A stretch of DNA of 32,720 nucleotides from Chromatiales bacterium (lineage in GTDB: Bacteria; Pseudomonadota; Gammaproteobacteria; Chromatiales; Chromatiaceae). This document shows positions 29,996-32,720 of the stretch, piece after piece. The notes under the pieces were generated by a model that saw only the letters and a program-made list of their open reading frames with translations, was not told the DNA's origin and made no database searches. Every line of letters begins with the position of its first letter. The first letter of the stretch is position 1. The position numbers and the translations under genes were made by a program. Location: the NCBI GenBank assembly GCA_050050175.1, contig JASFUT010000001.1:1-32720 (forward strand), written 5' to 3'.

Positions 29996-30352
29996 TCAGT
30001 AGCACGGCGGAAAATAGCAGCTCTCCACCGCCGGCCACAAGCGGGCATCGAAGAACGCGCCGAGGACCAGCGCGAGCACCCCGAGGAGCATCAGGACAAC
30101 GAGGGCCCTCGGGACGGGGCGCGGCGGCGATGTTGCACCGCCTGGCCGCCCGCTGGGCGCAGGCGCGGGGCGGTGACCGGCGAGGATCTCGCGGGCGTGG
30201 AACCGTGCCCAGTGGGGGACGACGCAGCCGAGCATGTAGGCGGCAAACACCCGCTCCATGAGCACTTCACCCGCGTCCCGGCCGTACCAGCGCCGGTAGG
30301 CGAGGCACAGCAGGTCGTATTCGCTGATGTCCAGCAGGGCGGCGGCGTCCAT
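29996..30352 (-). CDS. Hypothetical protein with a C-terminal TM anchor (118 aa)
   Basis: ATG 30352 is preceded by GGGAGG. The soluble N-terminal part is MDAAALLDISEYDLLCLAYRRWYGRD...VPHWARFHAREIL, followed by a Pro-rich linker, a TM segment (ALVVLMLLGVLALVLGAFF) and a Cys-containing tail CYFPPCY. I recognise no family. Confidence 0.55.
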   Translation of the reverse strand: MDAAALLDISEYDLLCLAYRRWYGRDAGEVLMERVFAAYMLGCVVPHWARFHAREILAGHRPAPAPSGRPGGATSPPRPVPRALVVLMLLGVLALVLGAFFDARLWPAVESCYFPPCY

Positions 30353-30444
30353 CACCTCCCGCTCGCCTTCGTTCGGTGCACCGCTGCGCATGCCTGGGAC
30401 CCGGGTAGGCTCTCGGCGCAAGTATAGATCCCGCGGCAACCGCC

Positions 30445-32331
30445 ATGACCGCAGAGAGAAAGTCCCAGGAGGAGGTCGCCCGACTGCTGTGCGGAACGCG
30501 CAGCTTCAAGGGCGTGGGCATGGAGGCGCTTGGGCTGGTGGTCGGCAGCGCTGCGCTGCGGCCAATCCAGGCGGGAGAGGCATTGTTCCGGCCCGGTGAC
30601 CCCTACAAGCACAAGGTCTTCATACCCCTCGCGGACCACCTGCTGATCCGACGGCGCTTCAACCGGGACGACAGCGTGCTGGCCGGCGACCTCGTGGGTC
30701 TCGCCAACTATCTGGACAACGCCCCGTACGCCTCCGCGGCCCTGGCGGTGCAGGACGGGGATGTGCTGGAAGTGCCGGCCGAGCGCCTTCGCGAGCTCGA
30801 GCAGACCCAGCCTGACCTGTTCAACGTGATCAACCGGGTGATCGCGACCAAGCTGCGCCAGCGCGCCCCGGACCGGGGCATCAGCACGGGCGTGCTCGCA
30901 CGGCCGGTCACGGCCGTGATGAAGACGCCCGTGGCTTCCTGCGGCCCGGACCTGAGTCTGCGGCAGGCGTTCGGGAGGATGCAGGAGCGGCGCATCGGCA
31001 GCATGGTGGTAGCCGACGATGCCGGCGACCTGATCGGGGTTCTCACCTGCGCGGGCCTGTCCGAGGCCGCCCTGCTGAAGGATGCGTCGCCCGACGACAG
31101 CATCATGGATGCGGCCTGTCAGCACGCGAGGACGGTGGCACCCGACACGCCGCTGTGGGAGGCCGAGGAGATCCAGGAGCGCGAAGGCATCAAGTACCTG
31201 ATCGTGGCCGAGGGCGACAAGGCCATCGGCATGGTCTCCCAGACCGATATTCTGAGGGCCCTGGTCTCCCAGTCCAGCGCAATCACCACTCAGATCCCTC
31301 AGGCCCGCAGCGTCGGCGAGCTGCGGGTGCTGTTCAACCGCATGGCCGAGGTGGCCGCGGAGGCGCGCGAGACCAACCGCCGCCCGAGCACGGCGGTACG
31401 CATCCTGAGCGAGCAGCACCTTGCCGTCCAGCGCCGCGTGGTCGAGCTGACCCTGGAGTGGATGCGGGCGGAAGGCCGGGGCGCGGCGCCCACCGGCTTC
31501 GCGGTGCTCATCATGGGCTCCGGCGGGCGCAAGGAGATGCTCATGCGCCCGGACCAGGACAACGGGCTGATCATCCAGGACGGTCCCCTGGCCGGCCGCC
31601 CGGAGAGCCGCGAATGGTTCGAGCAGTTCGCCCAACGGCTCAACAGGAGCCTCGACGAGGCGGGATACATCCTCTGCCCCGGGGAGATCATGGCGCGCAA
31701 CCCCATGTACCGCAAGAGCCTCGAGGAGTGGAAGCGCCAGATCGAGCACCTCGTGGAGCAGCCCAACGAGAAGGCGGCGGTATGGTCGAACATCGTCTTC
31801 GACTTCGACACCCTGTACGGCGACGACCGGCTCACCGCGGAGCTTCGCCGTCACCTGCTGACCCGGATACAGGCCAAGCCCCGGCTGCTCAGCCTCATGG
31901 TCGAGCACGATGCCGAGGGACGCCCGGCGATCGGCTGGTTCAACCGGCTGATCACCACGACGCGGAGCGACGAAGGCGGGCGGATCGACCTCAAGCGCAA
32001 CGGCCTGCGCATCATCGCGGACGCCGCGCGGGTATTCGCCCTGCAGAACGGGATCGCCGTGCAGAACACCACGGACCGCCTCGCCGCCCTGGTGCGCACG
32101 GGCAAGTTCTCGGACGACTTCGCGACCTCCGTCGGGGTGGCCTACGACGAGCTGCTTGACCTGCTGCTCGAGCACCAGATCGAGCAGCTCCGACGGGACA
32201 CCGAGCCCGACAAGCTCGTCGATCCCGACCGTCTCAACAGCCAGCAGCACGGCGCGCTGAGGATGGCCATGCGTGCGGTGAAGCGTTTCCAGGACCGGCT
32301 CCAGGGCGAGCTGGGAACGGAGGCCTTCTGA
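30445..32331 (+). CDS. cNMP-binding, tandem CBS, DUF294 nucleotidyltransferase-type signalling protein
   Basis: 628 aa. It has an N-terminal cyclic-nucleotide-binding-like fold (IQAGEALFRPGD), two CBS motifs (VMKTPVASCGPDLSLRQAF...IGSMVV; IMDAACQHARTVAPDTPLWEA...IKYLIV), a nucleotidyltransferase core (FAVLIMGSGGRKEMLMRPDQDNGLI) and the DUF294 C-terminal helical domain. Confidence 0.85.
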   Translation: MTAERKSQEEVARLLCGTRSFKGVGMEALGLVVGSAALRPIQAGEALFRPGDPYKHKVFIPLADHLLIRRRFNRDDSVLAGDLVGLANYLDNAPYASAALAVQDGDVLEVPAERLRELEQTQPDLFNVINRVIATKLRQRAPDRGISTGVLARPVTAVMKTPVASCGPDLSLRQAFGRMQERRIGSMVVADDAGDLIGVLTCAGLSEAALLKDASPDDSIMDAACQHARTVAPDTPLWEAEEIQEREGIKYLIVAEGDKAIGMVSQTDILRALVSQSSAITTQIPQARSVGELRVLFNRMAEVAAEARETNRRPSTAVRILSEQHLAVQRRVVELTLEWMRAEGRGAAPTGFAVLIMGSGGRKEMLMRPDQDNGLIIQDGPLAGRPESREWFEQFAQRLNRSLDEAGYILCPGEIMARNPMYRKSLEEWKRQIEHLVEQPNEKAAVWSNIVFDFDTLYGDDRLTAELRRHLLTRIQAKPRLLSLMVEHDAEGRPAIGWFNRLITTTRSDEGGRIDLKRNGLRIIADAARVFALQNGIAVQNTTDRLAALVRTGKFSDDFATSVGVAYDELLDLLLEHQIEQLRRDTEPDKLVDPDRLNSQQHGALRMAMRAVKRFQDRLQGELGTEAF

Positions 32332-32720
32332 TGCCGAGCGAGCAGCTCGGGGAGATCTTCGCGCGTATCCGGGCCGGTCTGCGGCGCAAGCTGGCCAAGG
32401 GGGCCCTGCTCGATCAGCCGGAGATGCACGTGCTGCACGAGCGCCTCCTGTCTCTCGACCCCAAGGCCATGGTCGACGTCCCCGTACAGGACGCGCGCTT
32501 CGTGGTGATCGACACCGAGACCACGGGCTTTCACGCGTACGCGGGCGACGAGATCTGCTCCATCTCCCTGCTCGAAATGAACGGCCTCAACGCCACGGGC
32601 CGGGAGCTCAACACCCTGGTCAACCCCGGGCGTCCCATTCCCCCCGAGTCGACCGACATACACCACATCACCGACCGGGACGTCAGCGAAGCGCCGGTGA
32701 TCGAAGAGGTCCTGGGGGAC
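32331..32720 (+). CDS. DnaQ-like 3'-5' exonuclease (DEDD family), 5' part only, runs off the right edge
   Basis: ATG 32331 overlaps the upstream TGA (TGATG). The frame stays open to the window end (130 codons), so it is absent from the ORF track. The Exo I motif is FVVIDTETTGF, followed by LVNPGRPIPPESTDIHHITDRDV, typical of Pol III epsilon-like exonucleases. Confidence 0.82.
   Translation, partial: MPSEQLGEIFARIRAGLRRKLAKGALLDQPEMHVLHERLLSLDPKAMVDVPVQDARFVVIDTETTGFHAYAGDEICSISLLEMNGLNATGRELNTLVNPGRPIPPESTDIHHITDRDVSEAPVIEEVLGD

Noticed and set aside
30352-32666. 632-aa (30352-32250) and 174-aa (32142-32666) minus-strand ORFs
   Set aside because: They are antisense to the cNMP-CBS-DUF294 gene and to the open-ended exonuclease gene (DTETTG motif), with shadow-ORF composition.

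Overview
High-GC (roughly two-thirds G+C) chromosomal window, most likely from a gammaproteobacterium. The taxon call rests on a CTGT-N8-ACAG LexA box, frequent sigma-54 and Na+-coupled functions, and a sulfide:quinone reductase gene; no rRNA or tRNA is present to confirm it. I support about 30 protein genes: (1) the end of an OmpR-type regulator with its histidine kinase, a small membrane ORF and a mono-haem cytochrome c; (2) a Cache-GGDEF diguanylate cyclase; (3) a frameshifted HxlR-like regulator; (4) a nitrilase and a GlcG/DUF336 protein; (5) ispG; (6) a uspA / Na-Pi cotransporter pair; (7) sqr; (8) an SOS-boxed dnaE2 carrying an in-frame 108-bp tandem repeat; (9) a hemerythrin / RCK K+ channel / 4-TM protein cluster; (10) a CbrA/CbrB-like module, consisting of an SSS-domain sensor kinase preceded by a translationally coupled mini-ORF and followed by a sigma-54 activator; (11) lrgAB-like genes; (12) a 656-aa SSS transporter; (13) a 0.5-kb hairpin-dense non-coding region ending in a clean intrinsic terminator; (14) a small membrane protein plus TPR protein; (15) a cNMP-CBS-DUF294 protein coupled to a DnaQ-like exonuclease. 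No transposase, integrase, CRISPR array, rRNA or tRNA was found. The most interesting region is 20.1-32.7 kb. There a CbrAB-like sensor pair sits beside an array of GTTAC/GTAACA half-sites and a correctly spaced -24/-12 element in front of the SSS transporter. The same region holds a divergent lrgAB pair, a structured GGA-loop-containing RNA candidate and the DUF294/exonuclease pair. Together these look like an undescribed sigma-54-wired carboxylate-uptake regulon. All domain calls come from reading motifs in the translations; nothing was searched against databases.
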